Assembly (NCBI RefSeq): GCF_006345805.1
Contig: NC_043002.1
Location: forward strand, 70,308,001 to 70,372,000
DNA length: 64,000 nt
Source of the DNA: Octopus sinensis
Taxonomy: Eukaryota
Direction of reading: 5' to 3'
How positions within the stretch are numbered: the first letter of the stretch is position 1; the number at the start of each line of letters is the position of its first letter. Below, piece by piece: positions 25,618-37,760 of the stretch. The notes beneath the pieces were generated by a model. The model was not told the DNA's origin. It saw only the letters and a list, made by a program, of their open reading frames with translations, and searched no databases. Both the position numbers and the translations under genes were made by a program.

Positions 25618-25662
<45 letters not shown>

Positions 25663-25810
25663 TTTTCAAAATGTAACCACATGTGAATCGTTGGCGAAAG
25701 AGCTTTGCTCGAAACGTAAAACCAGCTTTCTTTCTTCTTGAGCGTTCGCTAATACTTTACTATACCACGTTCTCTCCGTTGTTGTTTTTGTGTTTGTTCT
25801 TCGTTTTGTT
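25560..25810 (+). mobile_element. Probable Penelope-like element 3' end (pLTR) with hammerhead relic
   Basis: TTGGCGA-AA-GAGC-TTT-GCTC-GAAACGTA at 25691-25718, followed by a T-rich tail. Confidence 0.45.
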
Positions 25811-25829
25811 TTGATTAATATATATATAA

Positions 25830-25878
<49 letters not shown>

Positions 25879-26410
25879 TATATATATATATACATCTCTG
25901 TGTGTGTGTGTGTGTGTGGTGCGTATGCATATGCATGTGCCCTTGTTTGCGTCTATTTGTTAAACCCCATCCCAGGTAATGCTTGACAACCGGTTTTTGT
26001 TTGTTTATGTACCCGTTTATGCCCCCGGTTCTGCAGAAGAAGTCGATTAAATAACTACTAGTCTTTAGAAAATCACAAAAACGAAAAGCATAATTACTGG
26101 GCTGGTTCAACTAAATCTCTGCAAGGTGGTGCTCCAGCATGGACACAGTCCAGTGACTGAAATAATTAAACGATAAAAGATGACCGCCATAAATTGCCGA
26201 TGTTAACATTTCAACGAAGTCTGGAAGTAGTCGCTCGATCTCCTAGAAATAGTAACCAAATTACAGAAGATCATAACCGTCTGTTTTAACTAGGGACAAC
26301 GCTCATTAATTAGATGGCACAGTTTCACACGTCCCTAAAATCAGGGATTGTCACGGCTGGGGTACATTTCCTGATGCGTTAGCTGGATTAAGGCAGTTGT
26401 CCGATAAGCA

Positions 26411-26592
26411 AAAAGCAGCAGCAGCAGCAGAAGACGAAGAAGAAGAAGAAGAAGAAGAAGAAGAAGAAGAAGAAGAAGAAGAAGAAGAAGAAGAAGAAGA
26501 AGAAGAGAAGAAGAAGAAGAAGAAGAAGAAGAAGAAGAAGAAGAAGAAGAAGAAGAAGAAGAAGAAGAAGAACTTCGACAACAACAACAACC
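26411..26592. repeat. (GCA)n-(GAA)n-(CAA)n trinucleotide tract
   Basis: Direct read. Confidence 0.95.
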
Positions 26593-26744
26593 ATACTTTT
26601 AGATAACATACTTGTGCACAGACAGACAATTTGATATGTACCCATACATAAGCATATAAGCTAAGCCTGTTATATAGGCATACATATATACATAACAAAC
26701 AGCAAACATATATACTTACAGACATACGTAAGTACAGAAAATGA

Positions 26745-27130
26745 GTTGTATTCCGGAAATTTTTTGACTTTTTGAGGTGAGATATTTATTAATTTCTGAG
26801 AAGTATAGACCTCTAGTCTCCTTCAAAATAGGGACCTCTGACTTCAGTGTACTTGTTGTAGTGCTCCAGCAAATTCATGAAGAATCCATGGAAGCTCTCC
26901 AAAGCAAAGTTGACCAGAAACCTCATCACAGCCTCCTTCATCTTCTCAATGTCTTCAAAATGACTGCTCCAGAAGCTCTTTTTCAAGTTGGGGATGCCTA
27001 TCTCTGTCAAGTTGTTAGGTAACAGGACGTAATTGTGACGAGCAATGTTTTGGTAACTGTGATAAGCAGTACGTAGTAAGATGTGATCAAAGTGCAGTTG
27101 CATCCGTCTCTTTCAAACTGTGATAAAAAA
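26745..27130 (-). mobile_element. Mariner transposase C-terminal fragment
   Basis: PNLKKSFWSSHFEDIEKMKEAVMRFL...LLEHYNKYTEVRGPYFEGD matches a mariner C-terminus. Confidence 0.7.
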
Positions 27131-27719
27131 ATGTTGGCAGGTCAGCTTGTTAGAGGATTAGTAATGCCATACTAATCCTCTAGATTAGTAATGCCTCTCC
27201 TAAACAAAATCTCAATACTTCTGCAATGCACTTCGTACGTAAATTTATATCTAAATATAGTGAACTCACGTGTCGCAGAGGACGGATGAGTGTTCCTCAA
27301 TTCATTGTTTGCTCAAGCTGCACATATTATTTGTCTATAATGATCTGGGTGGTGTTCCAGTATGGCGGAAGTTGAGTGACACCAAACAAAGAAAAGGAAA
27401 GGAAGAAATGGTTGTATAGTGGCTCATTCTTTGTCTCATTCCTTTAGTGGCTCATTCTTTTCATCAGATCCACAGGTTTATGGTGGGTTACACGACAGAC
27501 GTCGACGTGATCAGAGAGCAAACGTGAAAGTATTTTATACAACGCACCAGTCAGCCAGGGAACAGAAACTGCGATCATGTGATTGCAGTCTAACCTCTAG
27601 ATCCCACGCCTTCCATGCATGCCTACATACCTACATACATATGCAAACATATAGACATGCATACATACCAAAATTGCACACTTTCTTTGTGAATGGCTTG
27701 GAACTATGTGCCGAGATAT

Positions 27720-29700
27720 TCACGAGATGAAACAGCTTTGACCTGGTTACAGCATTCTCAAAGGATTTAGGGTTGGAGTTTGTTCAGGATAATGTTGTTA
27801 TATGGTTGGGAAAGGCGAGAAAACTGTTAGTCAGAAGGGCAGCATCTCCATCATTCACTTGACAGTTTTCTGTATAGCTGACAAGGAATGCTACATGTAT
27901 CTAGGACTGGATGAAGACTTATTGGATGATGTCACCGGTAACAAAACACGTGTCATTACAGAATATTACAGCCGAATAAAGAACATTTGGTCCCCGGAAC
28001 TTTCAGCATTCAATAAAACAGTGGCCCACAATGTGTTTGCAGTACCAGTATTCATACCAACATTTGGGCTGCTTGATTGAACGCTTGATGAGATCCGAGC
28101 CATTGATGCAAAAACCCGGAAGATACTAGCCAGCACAAATAATTTCCGCATCAACTGTGACGTAGACCGCCTCTACCTAAAACGAAAACATGACGCCAGA
28201 GATTTAACATCAGTCCAAAATGCCTTTGAATGTCGTATCATATCCCTTCGGCAACACATATGAACCACCACATGTCGAAGTGGACCAAGTTTGCATACAT
28301 GAGGCTGATAACATTATAAAACTTGGAAAGCAGCGTTCCTTGTCTAGTAACCTTGAACACATACCCAAAGAAGTGGACCAAGTTTGCATACATGAGGCTG
28401 ATAACATTATAAAACTTGGAAAGCAGCGTTCCTTGTCTAGTAACCTTGAACACATGCCCAAAGAAGTGGACCAAGTTTGCATACATGAGGCTGATAACAT
28501 TATAAAACTTGGAAAGCAGCGTTCCTTGTCTAGTAACCTTGAACACATGCCCAAAGAAGTGGACCAAGTTTGCATACATGAGGCTGATAACATTATAAAA
28601 CTTGGAAAGCAGCGTTCCTTGTCTAGTAACCTTGAACACATGCCCAAAGAAGTGGACCAAGTTTGCATACATGAGGCTGATAACATTATAAAACTTGGAA
28701 AGCAGCGTTCCTTGTCTAGTAACCTTGAACACATGCCCAAAGAAGTGGACCAAGTTTGCATACATGAGGCTGATAACATTATAAAACTTGGAAAGCAGCG
28801 TTCCTTGTCTAGTAACCTTGAACACATGCCCAAAGAAGTGGACCAAGTTTGCATACATGAGGCTGATACATTATAAAACTTGGAAAGCAGCGTTCCTTGT
28901 CTAGTAACCTTGAACACATGCCCAAAGAAGTGGACCAAGTTTGCATACATGAGGCTGATAACATTATAAAACTTGGAAAGCAGCGTTCCTTGTCTAGTAA
29001 CCTTGAACACATGCCCAAAGAAGTGGACCAAGTTTGCATACATGAGGCTGATAACATTATAAAACTTGGAAAGCAGCGTTCCTTGTCTAGTAACCTTGAA
29101 CACATACCCAAAGAAGTCGCACGACTCTACTGCAATGTATCTGCAGACAGAAGGATGAGTTTGTATCAGCAAAAGACCATGCATGCATATGTTTGTAGAA
29201 AGCTTCGAGATGATAGTAACATTGATCACCAAATCAGTCTATCATGGACCAACAACCGGATTACTACCTCCCACTTTGAAGAGTATGCGCTTGCAATCCA
29301 AGAACGGGAAAAAGCAATCAAATGTCTGATGCACAAGAGGGATAGAGATACAGGAAAAGCAGTCAAATGATGGAAAGTCCCAGTGAAAACCTCAATAAAA
29401 TGTAAGCATAACAGACCTGATATAATGATGTACGGTTGTAGAAATCACCTGCACAGGGAATGTTAACATAAAGTATCTACGCTGAACTATTGAGACATTT
29501 GCAGTTACTCTATCCAGATTACAAGTTCAGGTTGATATCTGTAATTATTGAAGCACTGGGATTTGTAACACACTGAGAAATGAGGCTTCTCAAAACTAGA
29601 AAGGAGAAAGCTGATTCAAAGACTACAGGAACTATAAAAATCTTAAAAAGTTTCCATAAGCTTATCATTTAAGTATATATGCGCATGTCTAGACATGCAA
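27720..29700 (+). mobile_element. R4/Dong-like RLE LINE, 5'-truncated and decayed, containing an amplified internal segment
   Basis: YMYLGL...EYYSRIKNIWSPELSAFNKTVAHNVFAVPV...DVDRLYLKRK, then ...SHFEEYALAIQERE..., then RLE-region remnants HNRPDIMM and VIIEALG. Confidence 0.85.
28277..29117 (+). repeat. Minisatellite, 9 x 93 bp, encoding the 31-aa repeat EVDQVCIHEADNIIKLGKQRSLSSNLEH(M/I)PK
   Basis: Units start at 28277, 28370, 28463, 28556, 28649, 28742, 28835, 28927 and 29020. Unit 7 has a 1-bp deletion. Confidence 0.97.
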
Positions 29701-29867
29701 GTATATGTATGAGAATACATACATAAAACAAAACGTACAAATTTACACGTATTCATATATATATATAGAAAATACCCAGTTGATGTTGAAATTCCAATGA
29801 ATCTGGGTTAGAAACCGGCTCGTTCTTTATTGGAAAAAAATCTTGAAATAAAACTGAATAATGACAT

Positions 29868-29942
29868 CCATCCAACCATCCATCCATCCATCCATCCATC
29901 CATCCATCCTCCATCCATCCATCCATCCATCCATCCATCCAT
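29868..29942. repeat. (TCCA)n microsatellite
   Basis: Direct read. Confidence 0.95.
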
Positions 29943-31563
29943 GCAAACATACATATAGACACACGCAAACCTTCTTGATAAAGCCAGATAATGCAAAGAA
30001 CAAAAGCATCACGACATCAATAACAACGACATTGGATCAACAGCAACCCCTGTTCTACAGAGAAACCTCTGTTCCGTTGAATAGCATCAAACTTTGACCC
30101 ATGGGGTATAGATTGTTCGATTTAGTTTTATTCACTTGTGCTACCAACGTTGTTTAAAACCTGACTTAATTTTGAACACCCATTCCTTAATTCATTCACT
30201 GAGTTCATTCACCCATTTCTTTATTCATTCGTTCGTTCATTCATTTATTCAGTTGAGGATGGTATCAGTGATCACGTCATTTCTATTTCATCAGGAGTTG
30301 ATTAGCTGCAGTTGCATTGTCTGCATTTACAGGCAGCACGAGAGTTTATTATGCCAGTCCGAATGATAAAAGAAGAAAGAAAATACTAAGAAAAACTGTT
30401 TAGCGGTACATAGTGATGCATACTGCATCAGTATTTCACATATTGACATTTTACCCTCGCAACTGGAAGATAAAAATACAAAAATAACGAAAAAAAATAA
30501 GGCAAAAAAATACTTGCTGTCCAAAGAATTAACGTTTACAATATAAAAGGCCAAACATGCGTTAGAGAATATTCAATTCAAAATTATAGACAGAATAACA
30601 CGAGAGCGAGATAGAGAGAGGGAGGGCGAGAAAGAGAGAGAGAGAGAGAAGGAGAAAGAGAGAGAGAGAGAACGGGAGAGGGCAGGAAAGAATGAAAGAG
30701 AGAGAGAGAGAACGGGAGAGGGCAGGAAAGAATGAAAGAGAGAGAGAGAGTTAAAGAGAGTGAGAGAAACGAAGAGAAAGGGGAGAGAGTAGCAGATGTA
30801 AGTGAGAGGAAGTTAGCTGCCATTTAAACGTCAGCAAATATAGAGCTTACACCTCACAAGTGTTTTTATCACATATGCAGTGCATACACCCTAGTCTTTA
30901 TGAACGCAACAACGCACACACACACTCACACACATACACACACACACACACACATACACACTCACACACATACACACATACACATACACATACATACGTA
31001 TGAATCTATATTTGTATATGAGCGTACATATTCATGCACAGACATACGGATAAATACTTCACTTGAACATGTCTTCAATCTGACATGTTTGAAGCAAAAG
31101 CTCTTACCGTATAGAGATATATGAATTTTTATACAAAGCACACGCACACACACACATATGCTCATATACGCACTCACACATATACACAGACACACACATA
31201 TACATTACAACATATTTCTGTTCCCTTTAATTTAGCTTCATTTCCGCATCTTGACGAACGAAGTGTTCCAAAAAGCTTGTAGAATCTACGGATGCACGCA
31301 CACACACACACACACACAGGCGCGCACACACACACACACACACTGCGCCTGCAGTAAAGCAGACACACACAAACATCAACATATACCTACAAATATACAC
31401 GTAAACATAGCCGCACACATATATACATGCGTATATGTGTGTGTATCTATGTTTATTTACATATACATATACATACATACATATATATATATATATGTAT
31501 ATATATATATGTAACTATGTATATGTAAATATATATACATACATATATACGTATATATATATG

Positions 31564-31630
<67 letters not shown>

Positions 31631-31679
31631 GTATGTGTATATATATATACATACATACATACATACATTATATATATAT

Positions 31680-31713
<34 letters not shown>

Positions 31714-32220
31714 CAATTTGCCAGACAGACAGCCATTCATCTATACCTGCATACATAAGGTTATCAGTTGCTCTTTGAGGAAGCCTGCTTTTCTGAATGA
31801 TTCCATGTGTAGGCAAAATTGGCATTTATTACATTCATTCCTAATGGGAAGTTATATTTCTGGAAATAATTTCCTCAGCTCGTCTCGAAGACTTATTTTA
31901 ACTCTATTGTCAATATCAATACATCTTCTCCTTTTCAGCTAAAAAAAAAGAAAGAAAGAAAAAATGGAGAAAAAATAAGGCAGCGAGTCATACCTTTATG
32001 AAACAAACTTCTCTATTGAAATTATTCCACCTTCATAGTTATATTATTTCAAAAGTTCTTTCCTTGGTATGTTTTCTTAAATGATATTAGTATTATTATT
32101 ATAAGTTTTATTACTATCATTATCATTATTATGATCATCATTATTTTTATTTTCATTATCATCATCGATTTTTTCAAGTTTTACTTCAAAGAGAAAGTGA
32201 GGTTGGAAAGAGAGGTGCTA

Positions 32221-33497
32221 CGAGGGACGTTCAATAAGTAATGCCTCTGACCCACTTGCAGTTGTTTGATTGCATGTGCAATTATTTATATCTCTATAGA
32301 GTAAGTGGCAAATTACAGCTCTGAATTAATTGTGGTTTCTGATTTACAGGTGTTTGAACCGAGTCAAGTGTGAAATGGAGCCTGTTGAGTGTCGAGCAGT
32401 GATCCGGTTTTTGTATTTGAAAGGACGCACACCACGGGAGACTTTTGATGAAATGAAAGTAACTTATGGTGATGATGCTCCATCATATGACCTTGTAAAA
32501 CGCTGGCATCGTGAATTCAAACATGGTCGGAACTCTGTGGAAACAGCTCCCAGATCTGGTCGCCCCCTTCTGCCATTGATGAGGCATCTGTCCGTCAAGT
32601 TGAGGCTACCATTTTGGAAGATCGACGCATAATTATTCGCCAAATAGCCCATGAGGTCAAGATTAGTACCGGGTCTGTGGAAACTATCATTCATGACCAT
32701 TTGCATATACAAAAGGTGTCTGCCAGATGGATTCCCAGGTTGCTCACGCCTTTCCAGAAGCAAGAACGCGTCGAGTGCTCAAGGGTGAATTTGGAGATGT
32801 GCCAAGAAGATGAGTCAAAATTTTTCAAAAGACTGATTACACAGGATGAAACCTGGGTCAATCACGATGATCCAGAGACCAAAGCCCAGTCAATGCAGTG
32901 GAAGCACCGTGACTCACCTCCTCCAAAGAAGGCAAGGGTGCAGCCCTCCGCTGGCAAGGTCATGCTCACAGTCTTCTGGGACCAAGACGGAGTAGTCATG
33001 ACAGATTTCCTGGCAAAGGGTACCACAATTGCAGGAGCCTATTATGCTTCACTTTTGAGGAAATTAAGAGAAGTTATCAAAATCAAGAGGCGGGGCAAGA
33101 TCAGCAAAGGCATCCTCCTCCTGCAGGACAACGCTCCGGTCCGCAACTCGCTTGTCGCCAGATCAGAAGCACAGGCGTATGGCTATGAACTCCTCCCCAT
33201 CCCCCTACTTTCCTGACCTTGCACCCTCTGATTTTCACCTCTTCCCAATCATGAAGTTGTTTTTGAAAGGAAAGCGTTTCCCAGATGATGCAGCCTTGAT
33301 TTCTGAAGTCACGTTGAGGTTGGAGGACCAAGCTGGGTTCTTCTACAAAAACGGTCTCCAGAGCCGCATCAAACGATAGGAGAAATGCGTAACTCTGGGT
33401 GGTTCCTATGTAGAAAAAGACTAATTACTGTGCCAAGTGTCGTTGCTCTACTGCTATGGGAAGTGGGTCAGGGGCATTACTTATTGAACAACCCTCG
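32221..33497 (+). mobile_element. Full-length mariner (1277 bp), irritans-like subfamily
   Basis: TIR CGAGGGACGTTCAATAAGTAATGCC and GGCATTACTTATTGAACAACCCTCG, with TA duplications at 32219-32220 and 33498-33499. Confidence 0.95.
32375..33424 (+). pseudogene. Mariner DD34D transposase with few lesions
   Basis: MEPVECRAVIRFL..., WIPRLL, TQDETW, LQDNAP and PDLAPSDFHLF are present. There are frameshifts near 32570 and 33200 and a TAG at 33377. Confidence 0.92.
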
Positions 33498-33822
33498 TAT
33501 CATCGAGCGAATTTATGAAAAGGTGTGTGAAAGTTGCGAATATGACATCCACTCTCAGTGTAGACATGTGAATCAGAAGAAAGGAGTTGGAGAAAGCACT
33601 TGTCCTTGGTTCTCAGGGTGAGCTTGGATGGTGGGGTTTCTCGATCATCCCTAAAGGTCCCCATGTATCAGGGAGATCCCATCACTATTCACATGTTTTT
33701 CTTAGTGCTGTATATGTATATTTTCCTTAAAAGAATTTTTTAATGTATACTGTGTATAGATTTTTTTCCTGCCATTCCATTGTATGTATAACCCCACACT
33801 CTTGTCTGTCTTTGTATTGTCC

Positions 33823-33995
33823 CCCTCATCCCTTCGCCCTGGTGTCAAGTTTCGCCCGTCACTACGTTCTGAGTTACAATTCCGCCGAGGTCCACTTTGC
33901 CTTTCATCCTTTCGGGGAAGATAAATTAAGCACCAGTGAAACACTGGGGTCGATGTAATTGCCTCATTCCCTCCCACAAAATGCCTGCCCGTGTG
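33823..33995 (+). mobile_element. SINE family B
   Basis: GAGTTACAATTCCGCCGAGGTCCACTTTGCCTTTCATCC core, followed by a (TAT)n/(TGT)n tract at 34010-34170. A further 5' head lies at 34170-34285. Confidence 0.8.
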
Positions 33996-34029
33996 GCAAA
34001 ATTTGAAACCATTATTATTATTATTATTA

Positions 34030-34063
<34 letters not shown>

Positions 34064-34130
34064 GTTGTTGTTGTTGTTGTTGTTGTTGTGTTGTTGTTGT
34101 TGTTGTTATTGTTATTATTATTATTATTAT

Positions 34131-34162
<32 letters not shown>

Positions 34163-34299
34163 TTATTATTAAGGCGGTGAGCTGACAGAATCATTAGCGC
34201 AGCGGGCAAAATGCTTAGCGGTATTCCGTCTGCCGCTACGTTCTGAGTTCAAATTCCGCCGACGTCGACTTTGCCTTTTATCTTTTACATGGTTCTTTC

Positions 34300-34413
34300 A
34301 CATGGTTCTGGGTTCAGTTCCACTGAGTGGCACCTTGGGCAAGTGTCTTCTACTTCAGCCTCAAGTCGACCAAAGCCTTGTGAGTGGATTTGGTAGACTA
34401 AAAGAAGCCCATC

Positions 34414-34471
<58 letters not shown>

Positions 34472-34648
34472 GCATGTATATGTTTGTGTGTTTATGCACC
34501 CGTAGCCAAACGGTTCGGCAAAAGGGAGCGATACAATAAGTATTAGGCTTACAAAGTCCTGGAGTAGATTCGTTCGACTAAAGGCGGTGATCCAGCATGG
34601 CTGCAGTCAAATGACTGAAACAAATAAAAGAATAAAAGAATACATACA

Positions 34649-34708
<60 letters not shown>

Positions 34709-34930
34709 AGTGTGTGTATATGTTTGTGTGTCTGTGTTTGTTCCCCTAGCATTGCTTGACAACCGATGCTGGTGTGTTTACGTCCCTGTCACTTAGCGGT
34801 TCGGCAAAAGAGACCGATAGAATAAGTACTGGGCTTACAAAGAATAAGTCCTGGGGTCGATTTGCTCGACTAAAGGCGGTGCTCCAGCATGGCCGCAGTC
34901 AAATGACTGAAACAAGTAAAAGAGTAAAAG
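34300..34930 (+). mobile_element. CORE-like SINE family D with duplicated 3' half
   Basis: CATGGTTCTGGGTTCAGTTCCACTGAGTGGCACCTTGGGCAAGTGTCTTCT. The 3' module CGACTAAAGGCGG...GACTGAAACAA occurs at about 34575 and about 34868. Confidence 0.85.
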
Positions 34931-34967
<37 letters not shown>

Positions 34968-37544
34968 TATATATATATACATGGGGTGGGGGCAAGCGCA
35001 AGTACTTCTACATGATAGATAACATTAGTTGAAAGTGTTGTTATATATTCTTGAAAGCACGCCTTATGATTTTATGTTCTCCCTCTGTACAGTGAGATGG
35101 TGGATCCACAACGTTCGACGATAAGGATTACATGTCTGCTTCTAATCTACCGCAGATGTGGCTTTTATTCTTTAACCAATTCGCTGGTAGAATGGTACAG
35201 TATTTAATTAGGCTGTACCATTTCCAGTAACACTTCACCTAACGAATCTCTGTCAACTCAATTTCAGTCACAAAGTTTGCGCAAACTGGAAGCTATGGTA
35301 AACGGCATTTGCCTAACATACCACATAGGGCAGTCCAGCTCGAGTTCTCGTGATTTTAAAGTTTTTTTTGCCTTTCGACCATGCTGTCCCTACGTGTGTG
35401 TGTGTGCAAGCATATATTACACCTATATAGATATCTTTCTCTCTCTCTTTTTGTCCACACACAACACATACTTGTGCGTATTTCAACAAGCTAATACTCA
35501 CTGTGGTGCCTAGATCTTCTAGAAATAACAAAGAATTCTTCTTCAAACCCCACCTTATTTTTATATATGTAAGTACAAAATATATGCAAAATTCCCAACA
35601 CAACAACATGACCACATATATAGAATTTAAAGTATGAAAGATTAGAAGATATAAGAAATACGCTTTGAAAAAAATTAAGATGATAATTTTGCGTTCATGT
35701 ATTTTAGACATTAACGGAAATATATGATTAAAAGAAAGAGATAAAAGAGCGGTTATAGCAGAATTATAAAATACAGCAGGTACAGTGAGATAAAACAGCC
35801 AAAAGAAATATTGATAAGCGCCATATAAAAGGATGATGTAGCGATAAAAGAGAGTAGCTTTAAGGACAGTGTAGCAATAAGAATATACAGCAGTTACCGA
35901 GATGATGAAGACTTGAGAGATAGCAATTTTGCTTCTAAGATACAAATAGATTTTTATTTTAGATCAGAAACGTGACACACAAATTGGACGAGTAGAACAT
36001 CATTACTCTGTTTGATCGGATATTGGTATTTGTAATAATACTTCGTGTATTATAGACCAAGTATGTACACACGGTTTATAAATTGGTGTTCGCAAAAACA
36101 CACACACGCTTACGCACATGTATATATGTGTATATGTGAATATATTTTTGTGTATATATCATTTTTCAGTCTTAGTCAGCAGTTGTTAAGCAGTGAATGA
36201 GCATACAAAAAAACCCCCATCTTCCCCTCCTTCTTACTATTTCCAAATGTCATGGCTTATCAAATCTACTAATTTTTCGTTTTATATTTATATTTTTCAT
36301 TATTATATTTTTATCATCACTTATTTTTCTTATTCTTTTATCTTTTAACCATAATTATTTTACATTATCTTTCCTTTTACAATATCGTCTTTTCAATTAT
36401 TCTTCCGAATGTAATCAAAAGGTTTTTTTTTATGGTACTATAATTTCTTATTTATTTGAAATAACCGATTTCTTTACCTATCTTCGCATTTTGTTTGAGG
36501 AACTGAATCATAAACACTTGAGTTACAAAATCTTAATTTTTGGTTTCCCTGCAATTAGTTATTGTGGGCATATATACACTTATATACACGCATCCATCGT
36601 AAGTTATCGTGAAATAGATGAACAAGGCTATTTGACACTCATTCATTTTATGCTACGGAAGCCTTAGTTAAACACCAAGTACATTCTAGCATAATAGCTA
36701 CATCTCTCTCAAACCAGTTTACACGATATTTTGGCTTCTTAAACTAAGTAAAAACGGCATGGCACCGTTGAAATGCATTTAATCATAAGTGCTCGATCAG
36801 TGTTGATCTAAAAGAACAATAGCAACAACAGAAATAGCAGTAATAATAAGAACAACATAAAAATATATCAGCAGTTGGCTTAATAGACTTTTGTGATTAT
36901 GAAGAGTGAATTATCTAATATATGAAAAAGCATATGTTAGTCCATTTTATGTTAATAAATATGATCTATGGCAAGTTTCAGGTCACATACATAGAATCAG
37001 CATGATTGCAACATGCTTGTCATATTTTTAATAGTGGAAGTGGTGATGATGGAGCAGGTAGTAGGTTAGCCCCATTCGTTTTTGTAGGCCACCATGTTGT
37101 TGATATTCAGTGTAACAACTGAAGGATGATATATGTATGAAAAATTTAGACAAACAGATAATTGGGAGATCTGGTCTATATGTACGGATTTCTATGTTGA
37201 TGGCTGGGACGCCATGTCTGAAATTTATTATGATTTTTATAACCTTGTGACACGTGATACACTATCGGCAAATTACAAAGTGCATGGACTTCAAATAAAT
37301 AGAAGATCTATATTCTATTTATGTGAAAGTGATGCCTCAGCAATAAATGTTTATAAAATAATAATTTAATAATCACTACCTCAAATATTAATTACTATTG
37401 ACTTGCCAGATATCAAACGTTTTTCAACACAGGTGAAACGAGATGTTTTTATGTTTACGCTTTTCTTCAGACAATCAATACTAAAGTCAAGCGAATTAGT
37501 GTCGAAGTTAATTTGCTTCCATCGTACCATTAATTGCATGGATA

Positions 37545-37760
37545 ATAACATTTCTCCGATAGGCACAAGGCAAGAATTTCATGGGGGGGGGGGGGCGAGT
37601 ATAGTGTTAGTCAATTACATCGATCCCCCACTATTAAACTATACTTTTTTTATCGATTTCAAAAAGATATAGTCCACATCAGTGACTCAACCCCTAAAGC
37701 CGGAAAAAATGCTGCTAAGCATTTTGTTCATCTCGGTAAGAATTCTCCAGCTGGTAGCCT
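37545..37760 (-). mobile_element. Diverged SINE family B
   Basis: ATAGGCACAAGGC...GTCAATTACATCGATCCCC...TAAGCATTTTG...CCAGCTGG; the equivalent segment of 8716-9101, with a central deletion. Confidence 0.6.

Larger units (their letters stand above)
32170..33690 (+). mobile_element. Tx1/L1 LINE 3' fragment split by the mariner at 32221-33497
   Basis: Joining across the TA gives FFKFYFKEKVRLEREVLSSSEFMKRCVKVANM, homologous to the terminus at 12345-12425. Confidence 0.7.

Noticed and set aside
28277-29117. Regular repeat array as a CRISPR locus
   Set aside because: The units are contiguous 93-bp tandem copies with no unique spacers, there are no cas genes, and the context is eukaryotic.
35313-35945. 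210-aa hydrophobic ORF as a membrane protein
   Set aside because: It is the antisense of a purine-rich low-complexity stretch and runs into microsatellites, with no recognisable motif.
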